The notes below the pieces were generated by a model that was not told where the DNA came from, did not search any database, and saw nothing but the letters and a program-made list of their open reading frames with translations. A stretch of DNA of 64,000 nucleotides from contig OZ024750.1 of NCBI GenBank assembly GCA_964016885.1, forward strand, positions 48,298,001 through 48,362,000, written 5' to 3'. This document shows, one piece after another, positions 1-16,658 of the stretch (its first letter is position 1; each line of letters starts with the position of its first letter). Position numbers and translations under genes: made by a program. This DNA is from Eledone cirrhosa (lineage: Eukaryota).

Positions 1-29
1 TGTATATATTAGTAAGTCCGGGAGTTTTG

Positions 30-2560
30 TTTATCTACCCGTCTCTGTTATTTTATCATTTTCAAAGCAGCTAATATTGTAGAGACAGTTTTCGTTCGAA
101 TCAACCACACTCGGATTAATTCTCTCTCTAGCTCCTGGAATAATTTCTCCATTTCCTTGCTGGTTATAGTTCTGCTTGTAGGGTGTATACATTGATTAGA
201 AGATATTTTTTTGTTTTCATTGTGTTTCATACTAATACTCGGTCGATTGGGTTTGATCTCCGTCTCAGTTTATATTGGAATATTCCAAAGTATATTGAAT
301 TTGTCATTTTCTTACACCTTTTATAATTTATAATTTTAACACACAATTTATTGGGTTATTTCCAACTGATGATATAACTTCAAGTGTATATGTATATATC
401 GCAACTCTATTATGTCTGTGATTATTAATGTTTGCCTAAGATTGGGCAATCATAGATTATGTGATTAATTCTTTCTTTCTCCTCATCACATATCCTTCAT
501 TTACCGTGTTCTGGTTCATTGTGTATCTTTGGTTTTTCTAGCGGAGAGTCTTTGAAATTGTGCTGCAATTAGAAATCCTTTAGTCTCGGCATTTGTTGTA
601 GTGCTTCATAACAAGCTTTATTTTGTTTACCCCCACTCTACCTACTCACTGTTTTCGAATATTTGCCATGTATGGGGTTTTCTGACCATCATTTTAGCAT
701 AGCAATCTGAAGAACTGTTTTCAGATTGAATTTCCTCTTTTTTGCAGTTTCTCTTGCTGTTTCTTGTGTGTTTTCACGGCCGCCCTACTGCATTTGTTGA
801 CTCTTTGGAAATAGAAAACACATTGTATTGTTCATGATACATGTCTATTTGTATGAATTTTCCATTATTTTTCATTGGATAATTTTGAAATTCTTCATTG
901 GTTATTGTAAAATAGATTTACAGTCGCATGAGGTCTCTTCCTATCTGTGTCATGGTAAGTATAATATTACTACATCTGATTTGATGCTGTGTGTCTAAAT
1001 GCATTCAGTTATCTTTCTTAATGTGACCCTGTCATTTCGTTTAGTATCCCGTTCAAAATGTTGTAGTTTATTGCGAATGTCGTAAGTGTATTGATGTCAA
1101 TAACGTTATTTGTTGTATTTAGTTATCTCTTAATTAGTAATCTAACCCATTAATAGTATTAGGTTCTGATCTTTTCTTTTATTAGTAAGTTTCTAAATGT
1201 GTCTTCTTAATTGATTCTTAAGTATGACTGTGTTTTATCTAATTCTGTTATTTCCGTTTCATTATCTAGAATGATAATAGTTTTTCTCTAGTTCCCCACA
1301 TAACAGCTTTCATTGGAGAATGTTTCTAGTCCAAAATTCATGTTTCTTTCTTCTGTAAATTCATGTAATATCTGCAGCAATGTGTCGAGTTCTTTGTCAT
1401 CTGCAACGTACATGTTTAAGTCATACATAGAGAGGAGATGGTTAATTCCCTTGCCATAACACTATAGCCAAGTACATTCCTGTTTAGTTCAGGTAGAACT
1501 TCACTTGAATTATTAATTGTGATGTGCTTAATTTGTATACATCCATATTTTGGTTGTATCTTTGATTGAATTTTTGATGAATGTCTTTTGGTTGAATGTT
1601 TGATGAATGTCTTTTATTGTTGCCGCTGCTTTCCTATGTCTAGTGTGTTCAGTATCGTCATATGGGGAACTGTTGATCGACCTCTAGACATCAATCTTTA
1701 CTTTTCTTTCACTGTAGTTTTCTATTATGACTTCCATAATTGACCTTTTTAGAGATATGAGACATTGCATCATTCATCCGCCTCTTCTGGATACAGGATG
1801 ATTAATTCAAAGTGCTTGATCAATTTGTATGATAGTATTGCAGTAAACGGTATTGTATGTTGTAGGGAAACATGTAATAATTGTGTAGTTTAAAGGAATT
1901 TGCTTGATTTCCTCTTCGGTAAACCAGCTATGCGTCATTTTGTTTTAGACATTCCTTGCTTCACGTGGTTTCCTTTCTGTTATATTACATTGCTTAAATA
2001 GTTTTATTTTACCCCTTTCAATAGGTGTGTTCTTTTCTTTCCAATTTAATTTTAGTTTGAAAGGTATTTCTTTTTTATTTTCTTAATTTATTGAATCTGT
2101 TATTTCCATAATTGTGTGGGGTTTTTGTCGTAAAGATCTCCCGTTTTATTTCGTGACAAATGTGACTGCTGCGTATATCTCATTGTTGAGCTTTTTTTAA
2201 TTCAGATGACTTTGTTTGTTGTAAGTCTATGCTGTCCAGATTATGGTATTTCACCATTGATTTTCATCTTTGGGAGGTGCATTCTTTCATCCATACATAG
2301 CTTTTCTATTGCTTGGAGATCTTGGATATTTGCATATTGATCTTCTTGTCCCCATTACTTCCCCTTTCTGGGTTTCATCTACTTATATCTCCAATTTTTA
2401 ATTCCTTTATATCTATATGTTTGGCTGTGTTGTCACGAATTAGTTTTATTAGTTACTATTCTGTATGTCTATCGGTGATCATTTCGTTGCAATTTGTTGA
2501 TGTCCGCTTTGGACATGTTGATTCGACCTTCATAGTCATCATAATGGTGTGACACAAGAG
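30..2560 (-). mobile_element. Decayed non-LTR retrotransposon with RT and restriction-like endonuclease (R4/Dong-like)
   Basis: Minus-strand fragments: INHLLSMYDLN (approximating INHLLYMDDLK) at ~1410-1445, MNFGLE at ~1325-1342, CCHC-like INHII..CP at ~440-470, and C-terminal KPNRP...KEMEK...ELERELIRVW (ORF 48-230). Many stops and frameshifts. Confidence 0.7.
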
Positions 2561-3589
2561 GGTAAAAGCCAAGATATTAACCAGATGTAATTCCGAAATA
2601 CCAATAAAATATTACAACGAGACTCGGTACACACAGTCTACCTGACAGTTCACTTCAGTTGTTTTTTTATAGATTTTGGCCTAGTCCACTTTCAGTTCAC
2701 GCGGGTGTTCGGGGTTATTCCCCACGACAACAGTATAGATGTCTTTCCTTTTCCTAAGGGAGGGAACTATTTCAGAGGGGATTGGTACTTTATCAGCCTA
2801 AATGATTTATTGTTTAAATTTTAGCAATTATTTTGCTCAGATCAGTTCCATTTGTTGTCAAATGATTCTCAGATGATTTAGCATGTGTCATGCACAACAA
2901 TTTACATTTGCATGCTAACTGCTATTCACCTTTCATAATACCTGGCATCACTCCATTATTTGAATAAAACTCTGAAACCCCCGTCAAAATGTGTTCCTTT
3001 GCATTAATTTAAACTCTTGATATTAATTATCTCATCACTGTTCAAATTATTTTCTTTTAATCTCGATGATTGTTGAATAATTTGACGTCAGTTGTCAAGT
3101 CTTACATATGATTGAATAAATTGTGAAAGGTTGTGAAGTCATTATGGTAACTCATAAACATGCAAGACTTCAGTGGTTGAAATCATAGTTATCAATGCTG
3201 ATTGGGTCTACATAGAGATACGTATTGTCATTGCTAAGGAATATCATTTGAATATCATTTCAAATTGCCCAACAATTGGTGGCCATATTCTGTAATTAGG
3301 CCGAGACAACAAATCGAAATGAACGTTGACCAGAAAGAAAAGTTTACCGTGTTTTCGTTCCTTCCGTCATACATCGACGAAAGTTATTCTGTGTCTCGAA
3401 AACCAAAGCGCAGGGTGCATAGAGGCAATGTAGAAAGAGGGGCACATCTTATGTAAACGAAAACGTCACATAGTAGAGGTAAACAATTTAGGAAAAAGGA
3501 TTACATCCAAAGAAAATACGAGTATCTATGTTTTAACAGTAAAAGTATAGAGTATAAACACACCCACCCTTCATTCATTCACGAATAAA

Positions 3590-3868
3590 CATGGGAGTTG
3601 CACCTAGACAGTTCCCCTCCGACCAACAAGTCCGGGCAAGGCTCTTTGTGAAAGACAACCAGTTGCCCATGCATACCAGACTCTCCTTTCCATTCCGATA
3701 TAGCTAGGCACCAATGACTTCGCAACTCATTTCTACAACTGAATAAACTGGAGCAACGTGAATTAAAATGTCTTGCTCAAGAACACAACGCAAAAGCCTG
3801 GTCCAAGAATCGAACTCACAACTTCACGAATATAAGCCTGACGCTCTAACCACTAAGCCATGCACCTT
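3590..3868 (-). mobile_element. tRNA-derived SINE (second family)
   Basis: Minus strand has an A box (tggcttagtgg), a B box (gagttcgattc) and a CORE-like tgtgttcttgagcaagaca segment. Confidence 0.7.
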
Positions 3869-4583
3869 GATAACAGTTATACATAGATAAACAATCGAGA
3901 CATCGTAGAAAACATATATTGTCTTTGTCACCCTCAATCTACACTCCTACTACATCATCAGCCATTAATCATGTATCTCCTTGCCCATATCTCTTAAAAT
4001 ATCTTTTAATTCATTTGTTCGTCTGTTATTTTATTACATTTACCGTTTCATTCTAACACCTGTATACCTATATCTATATATTTGTTTTGTTATGTTGTAT
4101 CCTCACTCTCTATTCTTTATTTGTTTATTTCCTTATTAATTTATTTTCAATTCTTACTTTATCTGGCTTTTATCTCATTGTCTTTTCATATCACAATTTT
4201 CCATGTCATTTTGTCATATCACTATTTTTCTTCTTGTTATTGTTCATTTTATTTTTCATGTTATTATCACTACGGCATAAATGCGTTGTACCAACAGTAC
4301 TGAACCAGTATAATAACTTGTATGGAAGTGTTTGGCCGGTGGTAACTGTACTTAAAACCGATTGTCAATGCAGTAATATAGCTAATTCGTGTTATTTTCT
4401 CTCCTTTATTATTAATACTCCAGGAACCACTTAGTTAGGAACTGTCTCAAATCTGGCACCTGGACCACACAACTAAGTACAATCCTGTCGAGTCAAACAA
4501 TACCGAATGCTAGAACCATCCACGGTAGAGATTACTCATAACCTCTACCTGGGTTACCTTAAACAATACCTTTTATAGCATCA

Positions 4584-4673
4584 CCAGTCTCAGGAGCAGA
4601 TCAATATTGGTGTCCGGTTCATATCTATAATGGGTCACCTTGAGCCAATCCTTTGCGAATCGCGCGTAACAGG
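4584..4673 (+). ncRNA. Degenerate type I hammerhead-like motif
   Basis: ccagt-CTCAGGA-gca...tgc-GAATC-gcgc-GTA-acagg. Two core substitutions; the palindromic GCGC loop 3 is retained. Confidence 0.45.
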
Positions 4674-4782
4674 TCGATACGCAATAAATAACTTTCATAT
4701 GTAAACGGAAATTCCTCGTTTGTTTCTATTATGTACACTTTGCCTGTGAATAGATTGCTTTATTTGGTACCAACATACATAG

Positions 4783-4851
<69 letters not shown>

Positions 4852-4853
<2 letters not shown>

Positions 4854-5083
4854 AACATAGTCAGGACCTCGACGGCTGAGCTCCGGCCGTTTGGACAGCT
4901 AGATCCGAAGTAACCCAGCAGTATTCGAAAAATGATGGGTTACTTCGGATCTAGCTGTCCAAACGCCCGGAGCTCAGCTGTTGGGCTCCTGACTCTTCTC
5001 CTGTCACCCACTCCACTACCCTAAGTATCGAGTACTCTGGTGCGTTTTGGTCCACCTGGTTTCTTACCACACTTCCTTTGTTA
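4852..5083. repeat. Family C pLTR-like fragment with ~59-bp-arm fold-back palindrome
   Basis: Arms 4859-4917 and 4936-4994 are reverse complements. Homologous to 48362-48535 and 62500-62545. Flanked by (TA)n. Confidence 0.8.
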
Positions 5084-5179
5084 TATATATATATATAACA
5101 TACCGAGAGGTTGTATCCTTAGTAAGTTGAGCACCCAGTCCAGCACTTCAGTATGAAGTTAGTTCAACATCACATTAGC

Positions 5180-5800
5180 AAACCATACTCGAGGACGTGT
5201 GTTTAACCAACATGATTTTCAACGTATGTGAGGTTGTGATAATAACGGAAGTGTATAAGATCTGACTGGTCTTTGCGATTGGACGTTGACTAGGCATACA
5301 ATTCATGTACCACAATTGAAAGAAAGACAAGTGAGTTAATTCTTGGAAAAACTAGTCGGGCTCCTTGTCGTTATGTAACATGTATTTTGAAGCGAGGTGG
5401 CAGTGATTAAAGGAATACGATCTTCTATTGATACAAGTACCATTACATAATCATTGCCAGATATGTATTCGCTCAGTCCACAAAAAAATGGGAATGTTTA
5501 GAACATTGCAATGAATGGAGCAATCCACGTCTGAATATTTGATTGACCATAAGTGTCTTGCCAGATGCATGGACGTTCGCTTATTCGAGTGTCTAAGGAA
5601 GCTTTCTTTAATGCATACCCACACATGTTTGACCTTCCAATGTTGGCTTGGTCGAGTAGATGTAATTTCAGGCTCATAGACTATTGCGGGTATGTAGCAT
5701 TGCTGTTTGAGAGGAGATGGTTCTGGCTTTCTCCAAGAGCATTCAGGAAGGGGTGAGCTCTTCGGATTGATGGTGATGTGGGCTTTCATACTTTTGGCTC
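5180..5800 (-). mobile_element. Naiad-type PLE 3' remnant (GIY-YIG region)
   Basis: ORF 5451-5789 (ECSWRKPEPSPLKQQC..IVYE...HLARHLWSIK) aligns by eye with CNCKKRDECPLNGEC..IV...KLAYLIWDLK of the element at 58049-59140. Confidence 0.6.
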
Positions 5801-6166
5801 AGGAATAACCATGTATCACCTTGTCTCTTTTGAAATATTAGCTGTAGGGAAGTGTTTATCTGTGAGTGCTAAGCATGTCCTACCTACATTGGTTCTAACA
5901 TTCATCATGCATCCATCCATGAACTCAGCCTCATCGGGATGCTCTTGCAGAAGGCCAGAATGATGTCATTTGTCTCCCACAGCAGTCTCACTTCAGTTGC
6001 CTCTCTCGTAGACGTCCATGCGCAAAGACCACTCAGTTCATATATACTTCGGTTTCTTTATTTAGGACAACCTCGCTGGAGTTGAGAATCCGTTGGTCAA
6101 AACGTAGGTCCCCGTGTATGACAAGCTAATTCGTTGTGAAACTAACTAACATTATATACACACAAG

Positions 6167-6555
6167 GGCGGCGAATTGGCAGTATCGGTAGAGGGTTGGA
6201 CGCCATGCTTTCTAGCATAGTTACGTCCCTTTACGGTTTGAGTTCAAATCCCGCCGAGGTTGACTTTGTCTTTCATCCTTACGGGGTCGATAAAATAAAG
6301 TACCAGTAATGTACTGGGTAATTGTTGGCCTTGTGCCTAAAGTAGAAACAATTACATACACACAAGATGATTGATGGGCAGTATCGGTAGAGGGTCGGGC
6401 GCCATGCTTTGACGCATAGAGTTACGGCCTTTGCCATTGTGAGTTCAAATCCCGCCGAGGTTAACTTTGCCTTTCAACCTTACGGGGTCGATAAAATAAA
6501 GTACCAGTAATGCACTGGTTAATTGCTAGCCTTGTGCCAAACGTAGAAACAATTA
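6167..6555 (+). mobile_element. Two tandem copies of the main tRNA-derived SINE
   Basis: ggcggcgaattggcag head, B box gagttcaaatcccgccgagg, and ctttcatccttacggggtcgataaaataaagtaccag. Units ~6167-6350 and ~6377-6555. Confidence 0.85.
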
Positions 6556-6584
6556 CACAGACACACACACACACACACAAACAC

Positions 6585-6637
<53 letters not shown>

Positions 6638-6699
6638 GTAAGATGCGTGTGTCAGTGCGTATGTCGAAGTGCATGTACACCTATGCAATGTTATATTAG

Positions 6700-7440
6700 A
6701 GAGGAATAGATAGATACACTAAACCTGCTGTTTTGTTGTAAATTTCCGTGAGCGACTCGTCTGAGGACATCATGTTGGAAAGATACAGATGTTTGTGTTC
6801 TTTGTAGAATTTGAACAAGCTGAGGGGTGGGTCGTAATGGATCTAATGTGAGGTGTGTACACTAGGATTGTGAAGGCTAACATATTAGAATGTTCGAATC
6901 CCACTGGGTCGTTTTGTCTTTGATCAAAACATTTTATTCCGAGGTGAAATAAATGTTCAGCCGTAATAAATGTGTTGAACCTGCGATTCAAATGTCCAGT
7001 CTTGTAACATATTATGTCAGGTTAAATCACACAGAGACAGTATCATGTGTATGCTCATGTGTAAGGAATATACATTATTTACACCAACAGTTTTGTCTGC
7101 TGGTTTGAACACACGCTGTCAGTAGCAATGTAGGTCCAGTGTGTTTTCTTGATGAGATATTGCTTGGAATGATTCATGAACGCAAAAGTATCTTAATGCA
7201 ATGTTTTGTTTTATTTTCGATTTGTATTTTCCATAGATGTTCTTCCTTACGTCACACTTGTCATGCTTGTACTTTATTGTATATTGATGGCATTGAGTAT
7301 GGCAGTTTGTTGTATTCGTGGAGTTTACAATGAGAACGAGGGCGTCGCCATTTCTATGTGTTACATTTAATCCATCAAATCCGTCATTTTCTTCTATTAT
7401 TTAATGTTCATTCTTTTCAAGAGGATTTGAATTACTGAAT
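6700..7440 (-). mobile_element. Possible old PLE 3' remnant
   Basis: KLPY-like segment near 7300 and KTGHLNRRF (GIY-YIG-like) near 6990-7010, both highly decayed. Confidence 0.3.
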
Positions 7441-8535
7441 GCGTTATCCCCTTAAAAGTTTGTTCAAGTTAAGAGATAAAAAAAAAATACGTCTCCAAAT
7501 TAAAAGTGATTTTGAATTGTGTTAATGTAAAAAGTCGCTTTTGGTTTCCTTGTTTATTCTTTATTGAAAAATCAATACACGAACAAGTATACTCTATTCC
7601 GTATACTTTTATAAATATCAATTCCTTAGTTGTCTGCTTTATTTTATTTTCTAGTTGTTCGCTCATTTATTTAACGCCTTCCTATCTCAGAGAATAACAG
7701 TGGTTTATGTGACAGAGCAATCATTCTCGTTTAGCTTTATCTCAGGAACGTTTGCTCCATTGCAAATGGAACAATGGCGAGAATGAAGATAAAATATAAA
7801 GACGTGGTCCAGGCAGAATGAGATTAAAATGACGTAAATTAGAATTTAGTTAACGTGTAGACATCTATTGTTTTGTCATCTTTTTTTATTTGTAAATTTC
7901 TATCTTAACTTTCTTTTATTTTTTTCCTTTTAACTTACTTCTAAATTTCAAAACGGCGTTATTGTATTACGAAACAGTTAAAAATGCCAGGGAATGTCTA
8001 ATTCCTCAGTCAAATATTCTTTGAATATTTCTGTGTCATGAATGACTATTAATTATCATTGAGATATTACATAAAAAACAGAGACAAGAAACATAGAATA
8101 TTCATAAGTTAATTTTCACTGCGACTTGTCATGTAATTTATGATGTATGTGATTCTCGATAGTGTGGAGTTGTAAACATTTTCTGTTCAACATTTCACTC
8201 CAATCTCTCAAGTAATTGCATCTATTATTTGTTTCTCGTTTTTCCTCATTTTCTCCGACAGACTGCAACATAATTTGCTGTCTGTTATCTTAAAATTTGT
8301 ATTGTAACATTGTTCGTTTTGTGGTGTTGTTGTTTTTTTCGTTTTCATATTTGTATTGTGGTGTTTCCTATTGCTGTATAACTTGCAAATGTTTTTATAT
8401 TGTCTCAATATATCCATAACTACTAATCTACAACAATCACATTATTCACCCTACTGTTTATCCTTTACGCATGTGTATGTATGTATGTATGTATGTATGT
8501 ATGTATGTATGTATGTATGTATGTATGTTTGAATG

Positions 8536-8569
<34 letters not shown>

Positions 8570-8588
8570 TGTATGTATGTATATATGT

Positions 8589-9065
8589 CAGGTCACCAGT
8601 TGGTGCTACTGGTAACATTATATCCCAGAACAACCTGTCTTATGGTCGGGTCGTTGGCGACAAAACTTGCAACCCCACCAAGGTTTGTTGGAGAGGAGGG
8701 TGACTTTGGACATCCTGCAGGACAAAAAACAAAACCTGTCAAAGGGCAAAGGAGCTCTTAAGAGTCAATGGCCATCCAAAATCACCGGGAGGGATGACCA
8801 CTTAGCCTTTGTCAAGGCAGAATTCTATAAAAGCTTCAGGGCACAGGCATTGCTTTATATCTGGAGCTCTCTCTGCACTTGTCGTCACATGGTAACATGG
8901 GCCCAGCACTATGTGTCAATAATTGTCACAAGTGTAGTGTTTGTACCAGAGTTTTCAAGTCGCTGGCTGGACAAAAAAGTCACAGTCGTTCAGGGCATCG
9001 GTAGGAGTATTCCGACATGGATATAAAGTAGTGGCCGTACTCGAAAACGAGTTGGCAGCCACCAT
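8589..9065 (+). repeat. Family B dispersed non-coding repeat (internally deleted copy)
   Basis: Near-identical to 35485-36090 and the reverse complement of 33640-34225, but lacks ~135 bp after gaattcta. Flanked by (TATG)n and (TA)n. Confidence 0.9.
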
Positions 9066-9133
9066 GTATGTATATATGTATGTATATATATATGTATATA
9101 TGTATATATCTATATTTATACATCAGTGGAGAT

Positions 9134-9294
<161 letters not shown>

Positions 9295-9696
9295 TTGTGT
9301 AGGATCGTGCGTGTGTGTGTTTGTTTGTGTCTATGTGCCCGAATATTTGCAAATGTTTTCATGTGTACACCTTCGAAGAAATAGTTTTAAATAAATAGTA
9401 TATTCAATTTTTAATACGGATACATCAAATATAGCCCCAATGAAATACAAAAAAATATATATACACGCAAAGAAGCGCGCACACATAAACCTACAAGTAG
9501 ACACACACAAATATATATATATAAGTAACTGTTTCTTTGTTTATTCATTATTTTTTTAATAATTTATCTTGACTCTGTTTTCCGTTTATCTTTCACCGAA
9601 AGTGATTTTTGAATGCATCTCTTCTTTTCATGATATCCGGATTACATTGAGTTCTTCATACGGATTGGACACTACCGTAAACGTTTGGTAGATTTA

Positions 9697-9738
<42 letters not shown>

Positions 9739-10160
9739 GTTATGAAATGAGAGGAGCTGTGTGGTTACTAAAAACAAGGTTTAGGACGGTGGTTAGGACG
9801 GAACAGGAGGATAAATGAAGAAAGGAGTTTCCATCGCCAGCTGTAAATGTATCCCGAATCGATGTTTGGGCGCTGAATTACAGGACATCGGTGTAGTTCG
9901 GTTGCGCCCGAGGCCTTTTATTAATCAAAAGGTCAGGTGGAAAAGGAGAGAGAAAGAGAGTAAAAAAGGAGAGAGAAAAGGAAAGAGAGGGAAAGGAGGG
10001 AGAACAGGGGGTGGAAGATGAGGAAACATGAAGAAGGCGGAAAATAGGAAAGGAATAGAAGAAAGAAAGTGTACAGATCCCATCGTGGGAAGACACAGGT
10101 GAAAGAAACATGCAAAAACGTAACCGTGGAAAAATAGGGAAAGTAAGTTGTGGCGAACCT

Positions 10161-10216
<56 letters not shown>

Positions 10217-10261
10217 AGAAAAAAAGAGAATCAGTGTTGTGACGAATGGAATGTATTGAAC

Positions 10262-10353
10262 ACGTCACAATCGTTTCTCATGCGACAAGTTCGAGGCAGG
10301 ATCGATGTGATGATCGAACCTGACTCTGAATATCGCAAGGTCCTCAGATACGT
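10262..10353 (-). ncRNA. Degenerate hammerhead-like motif with long stem II
   Basis: acgtat-CTGAGGA-..tgcga...tcgca..-GAAAC-gatt-GTG-acgt. The cleavage triplet is defective. Confidence 0.45.
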
Positions 10354-10555
10354 CTTGAATCTACGAAGCAGGAAAATTGCCGAACAAGATAGAGTAAACC
10401 CCAGCTAACATAGATGTACCTCTTTTCTTTTCCTTTCTATTTTCTTATTCCCTTTGTCTCGTCATATCACCTCCTTCCACTCCCTATCCTCTTCCTTTTC
10501 CCTTTTCCCATTTCGCCATTTCGCCTACCTAGAGGCAGCCCATCGGGCCTTTGTA

Positions 10556-12792
<2,237 letters not shown>

Positions 12793-12813
12793 TATGTATA
12801 TATATACATATAT

Positions 12814-12878
<65 letters not shown>

Positions 12879-12975
12879 TATATACATATATATATATATA
12901 CACATATATATACACATATATCTATATACATATATATATACACATATATCTATATACATATATATATACATATAT

Positions 12976-13046
<71 letters not shown>

Positions 13047-13074
13047 CCCATATATATATATATATATATATATA

Positions 13075-13695
13075 CACAACATGTTGAAAATGTAACACAC
13101 TAGAGAGAGATACAGTGCGATATCAATAAAACAGGGACAAACCACCAGTGTATGGAATCTATAACCTATGAAAGGCAGACTATAGACACGATAATTAAAA
13201 ATATAAATTAAAGCGTAAATAAATACCTCTATAACTATATAACACAGGTTCAAATACAAAGAGATCGGTTTAGCCAGTAAGTTGTTGGCAGAAATGGAAT
13301 AACCCGCTTCTTCAGCGTGTGTAAGGCTATACATTTCAGACAACACTAAGAGAATTTTAAAGTGGCTGTCTAGCTACAGGTGAGAGACTGAAGTCACAGC
13401 GTGTTTAAGTGCAGTGAACCAGTGGCCTCTGAGGGACGAGCTGCTCGAAAGGGCAGCCCAAAACCTCTTAGAGAATTGTGCTCAACTAAACAGAGAGAGA
13501 GGAAAGACTGTTCGAAGGAGCGAAATATCACGATATATTAACGGAGCCATAGACTCTTGCCATTTCCTGTAAATAATGCTCTCAAAGGAGGGAAAGTCCT
13601 GAGCTCTTTAAAATACAATATCTTGAAAAAGTAACACACTAGAAAGATATACAGTGCGCTATCAATAACACAGGGAAAAAACCACCAGTAAATAT
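13075..13695 (-). repeat. Family D (~540 bp unit), diverged inverted copy of slightly more than one unit
   Basis: Reverse complement of 31943-32810. Degenerate hammerhead (acacacg-CTGAAGA...) at ~13241-13322. Terminal ~70 bp repeated at 13080 and 13620. Confidence 0.8.
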
Positions 13696-14144
13696 ACATA
13701 TATAAGGGATAACAAAGTATCGTTATAGGTAATCCAGTTAGAGGTTGTGAATAATTCTTATTATGGATAGTTTTAGCGTACGGCGTTGTTTGACTCAGCA
13801 AGAGGTTTACGTAGATGACGAGTTTCTTATTTCACTTGTATTCCTATGTCAGTTTATCTTGGAGTAAGAAAGAGAGTTGATTTGGCTCTTGTGTAATATC
13901 CACGTTTCACATCCAAACATCAAATCAGTCAATCATATCGGTGGTCTCCCCACATCCCCGACGGACAGAATAGAGAAGGCGTTTTCACGGAGCGTGGCAA
14001 GGGAGACGCGCTGGAAAAGCCATTCCAACTCGCGAAGCTCACACCTGCGGCAGGCCAGCTCCGCCAATGGTCGCGTGTAGGGCGGTAGCCCTAGAGTCGA
14101 AGACACCAGAAGTCTCCACCCTATATATACATATATGTATATCT

Positions 14145-14175
<31 letters not shown>

Positions 14176-14399
14176 TAATATATATATGCGTGTGTGTGTG
14201 TCTGCGTGCGCGCGCTGTGTGTGTCTGTGGGTATGTGTGTATGTGTGTGTATGTGGGTAGGTGTGTGTGTGTGCATGTGTGTGTGTATGGGTGCGTGTGC
14301 GTGTGTCTGTCTGTGGGTATGTGTGTATGTATGTGTGTGTATGTGGGTAGGTGTGTATGCGTATGTGTGTGTATGAGTGTGTGCGCGTGTGTGCCTGCA

Positions 14400-14445
<46 letters not shown>

Positions 14446-16658
14446 GAAAACTGAAGTAACAACTCTGAAGTATGTGAATCGATATGCAAACTCGCCGAGA
14501 AGCATATTTAGTTTCAAGATGTATATTTCGTGATAAATATCTCATGAAACGAATGGAATCTCCAGCAAAGGAAAATGGAGCGGAAGAGGGAGAGTAGAGC
14601 GGAAGAGGAAAGTATTTCGGCAATGATGGATTCACTTTATTTGGAAAAATATATGAAGTAAAATGGTGATAGAAAACAGTATATGGAACACAGATTATGC
14701 CAGCAAATTCTACGTAGATAAATAAAATGTAGTTACCGAAAGAAAAGAGAAGATAGAAGAAAGGTGATCGATAAAATAATGTATAAGAAATAAAAATAAA
14801 ATCATCATCGATTTGTGTATAATATGTGAACAGTGTTTGTACCCGAGGAAGAAATATTGCCCTATGATACATTCATCTTCGTGACAAATGATATAAACGT
14901 TTATAGTAACAGACAAATTAAAGATGACCACAGATTGTCATGTATATCGAATGTTTATATAAACAATATTCTGCCTAATTCATAACACTCAATAGTTCAA
15001 ATAAAGTGGGTGGAAAAGATGAATTAGTTTATAACATGATATATCCATGTATATATAATTATTGGAGAGCTTCCTGTGGAGATCAGGTTTTAACCACAGT
15101 TAAAATAGGTACCGAAAATATTTGTCAAGTATAGCCTTTGATTATATATAGAACATATTTCATACGAATGAAAGAGTTCTTTACTTTTAGAAGTACGTTG
15201 ACATGGAAGCTGTGATAGACGATATTAGAAGTCAGGAATGAAAAGTTGGAATGTAATATGAAACATTGACAGTTACATGCGAGAAGGAGTGACGACATTT
15301 TGTTTAGATTAAATTGCTGTGTATCCGTTTTCAGTTCTAGTGACATTAATTTATTAGATGTGAACAACTTTGGTTCAGCGAATAAACTTCCATGTGCTCC
15401 ACCACAAACTGGTTAAATATATAATTAAAAATTATGAAATTGAGAAATAATCAAAAATATATGTTTAACTAGAAAAGTAACTATTTTGAAAAAATAATAT
15501 AATAACGTTTAACATTTAAAATTTTAAAGAAAAATTAATCTGCCAAATCACATTAAAATAATTAAAAGAGTTGTTTGCTGAAGCAAAGGCGATATTCACT
15601 GTTACATAATACCCTATATAAAGAAAATAAAAATATTTAAAATATAAAAACAGAAAAAGAACTTAGTTGATTAAAAAGGGAGCAAGTCGAAAGTTAATTA
15701 GATATCGATGAAAGTTATTAGGTTAGAAGGTGAGAGAGGAAAGGTGAAATGTGTGGATGAAATGGGAGATAAATTAAACAACATATATGTTTAATATCAT
15801 GGCAACATTCTAGAATAAGAATATAGATGTGTAATGAGTAGAATGCGTGAATAAACGGCAATAAACATGATTATAAAGTCCAAAATGTGACCAAAGTTTA
15901 GGATAAACATAGGTGGATCATATAAAGGAAATAAATGCTGAAAACACAAATGGAAATAAATGCTGAAAACACAAATGGAAATAGAAATAAATATTATGTG
16001 ATATTCGTCAAGAATAATGTCAATATATAGTCGACAAGAATAAAATACACATACATAGAAAATCTGGTTAGAAAAAGCGAAGCTAGATCGAACCGTGAAA
16101 CTGCACCACAATTAACTCTTCCATTCCTGATACATTTTAGTGGACACTTCCCTCGCAGAATCATAAACACTTTTATATAGAATGAAGTGAGTCCCCGACT
16201 CGTTGGAATATTTACTTCAGTACTTAATAACCCTTTCCATGGACTCCTACGTTATGCTTTCAGCCTGAAAAAATAACATTAAATAACAACTCCAATGTCA
16301 ATTTTAAAACAAAACCGGAAAAAAATAACAAGGTATCTATTGCAATGCAGTAACACTTCTGCGAATTCACCTGAACAAATTCTTAGGTACGGAAAATAAA
16401 TGGCCAGCCTCCATTCCATGTAGGTGAACCACTATGCGAAAAGTCTGGAATCTGGTCCTTTATTGTATATCCCTAAGAACGTCTTACGCGATCTTTTGCC
16501 GCTATTATAATTCTAACACATCTGAGTATTTGCATTTATAAGCTTTTCTGAATTATGTACTAAACGATATAATGCGATGCAATAAAGATTACTAACTAAT
16601 TATATTTTATATACACACAGACACCGCCACACACACACACACACAAACCCACAGACAC

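Noticed and set aside
3790-3865. tRNA gene
   Set aside because: The A and B boxes are followed by SINE body and there is no intact cloverleaf.
8815-8840. The ~135-bp deletion in this family B copy as a spliced intron (minus strand gtgagc...ctcctag)
   Set aside because: The junction reads ttttatagaattc, one base off the spliced product. A 3-nt microhomology deletion fits better.
9810-9900. Hammerhead-like ccgatgt...gaaac on the minus strand
   Set aside because: The core and stems are too degenerate to support a call.
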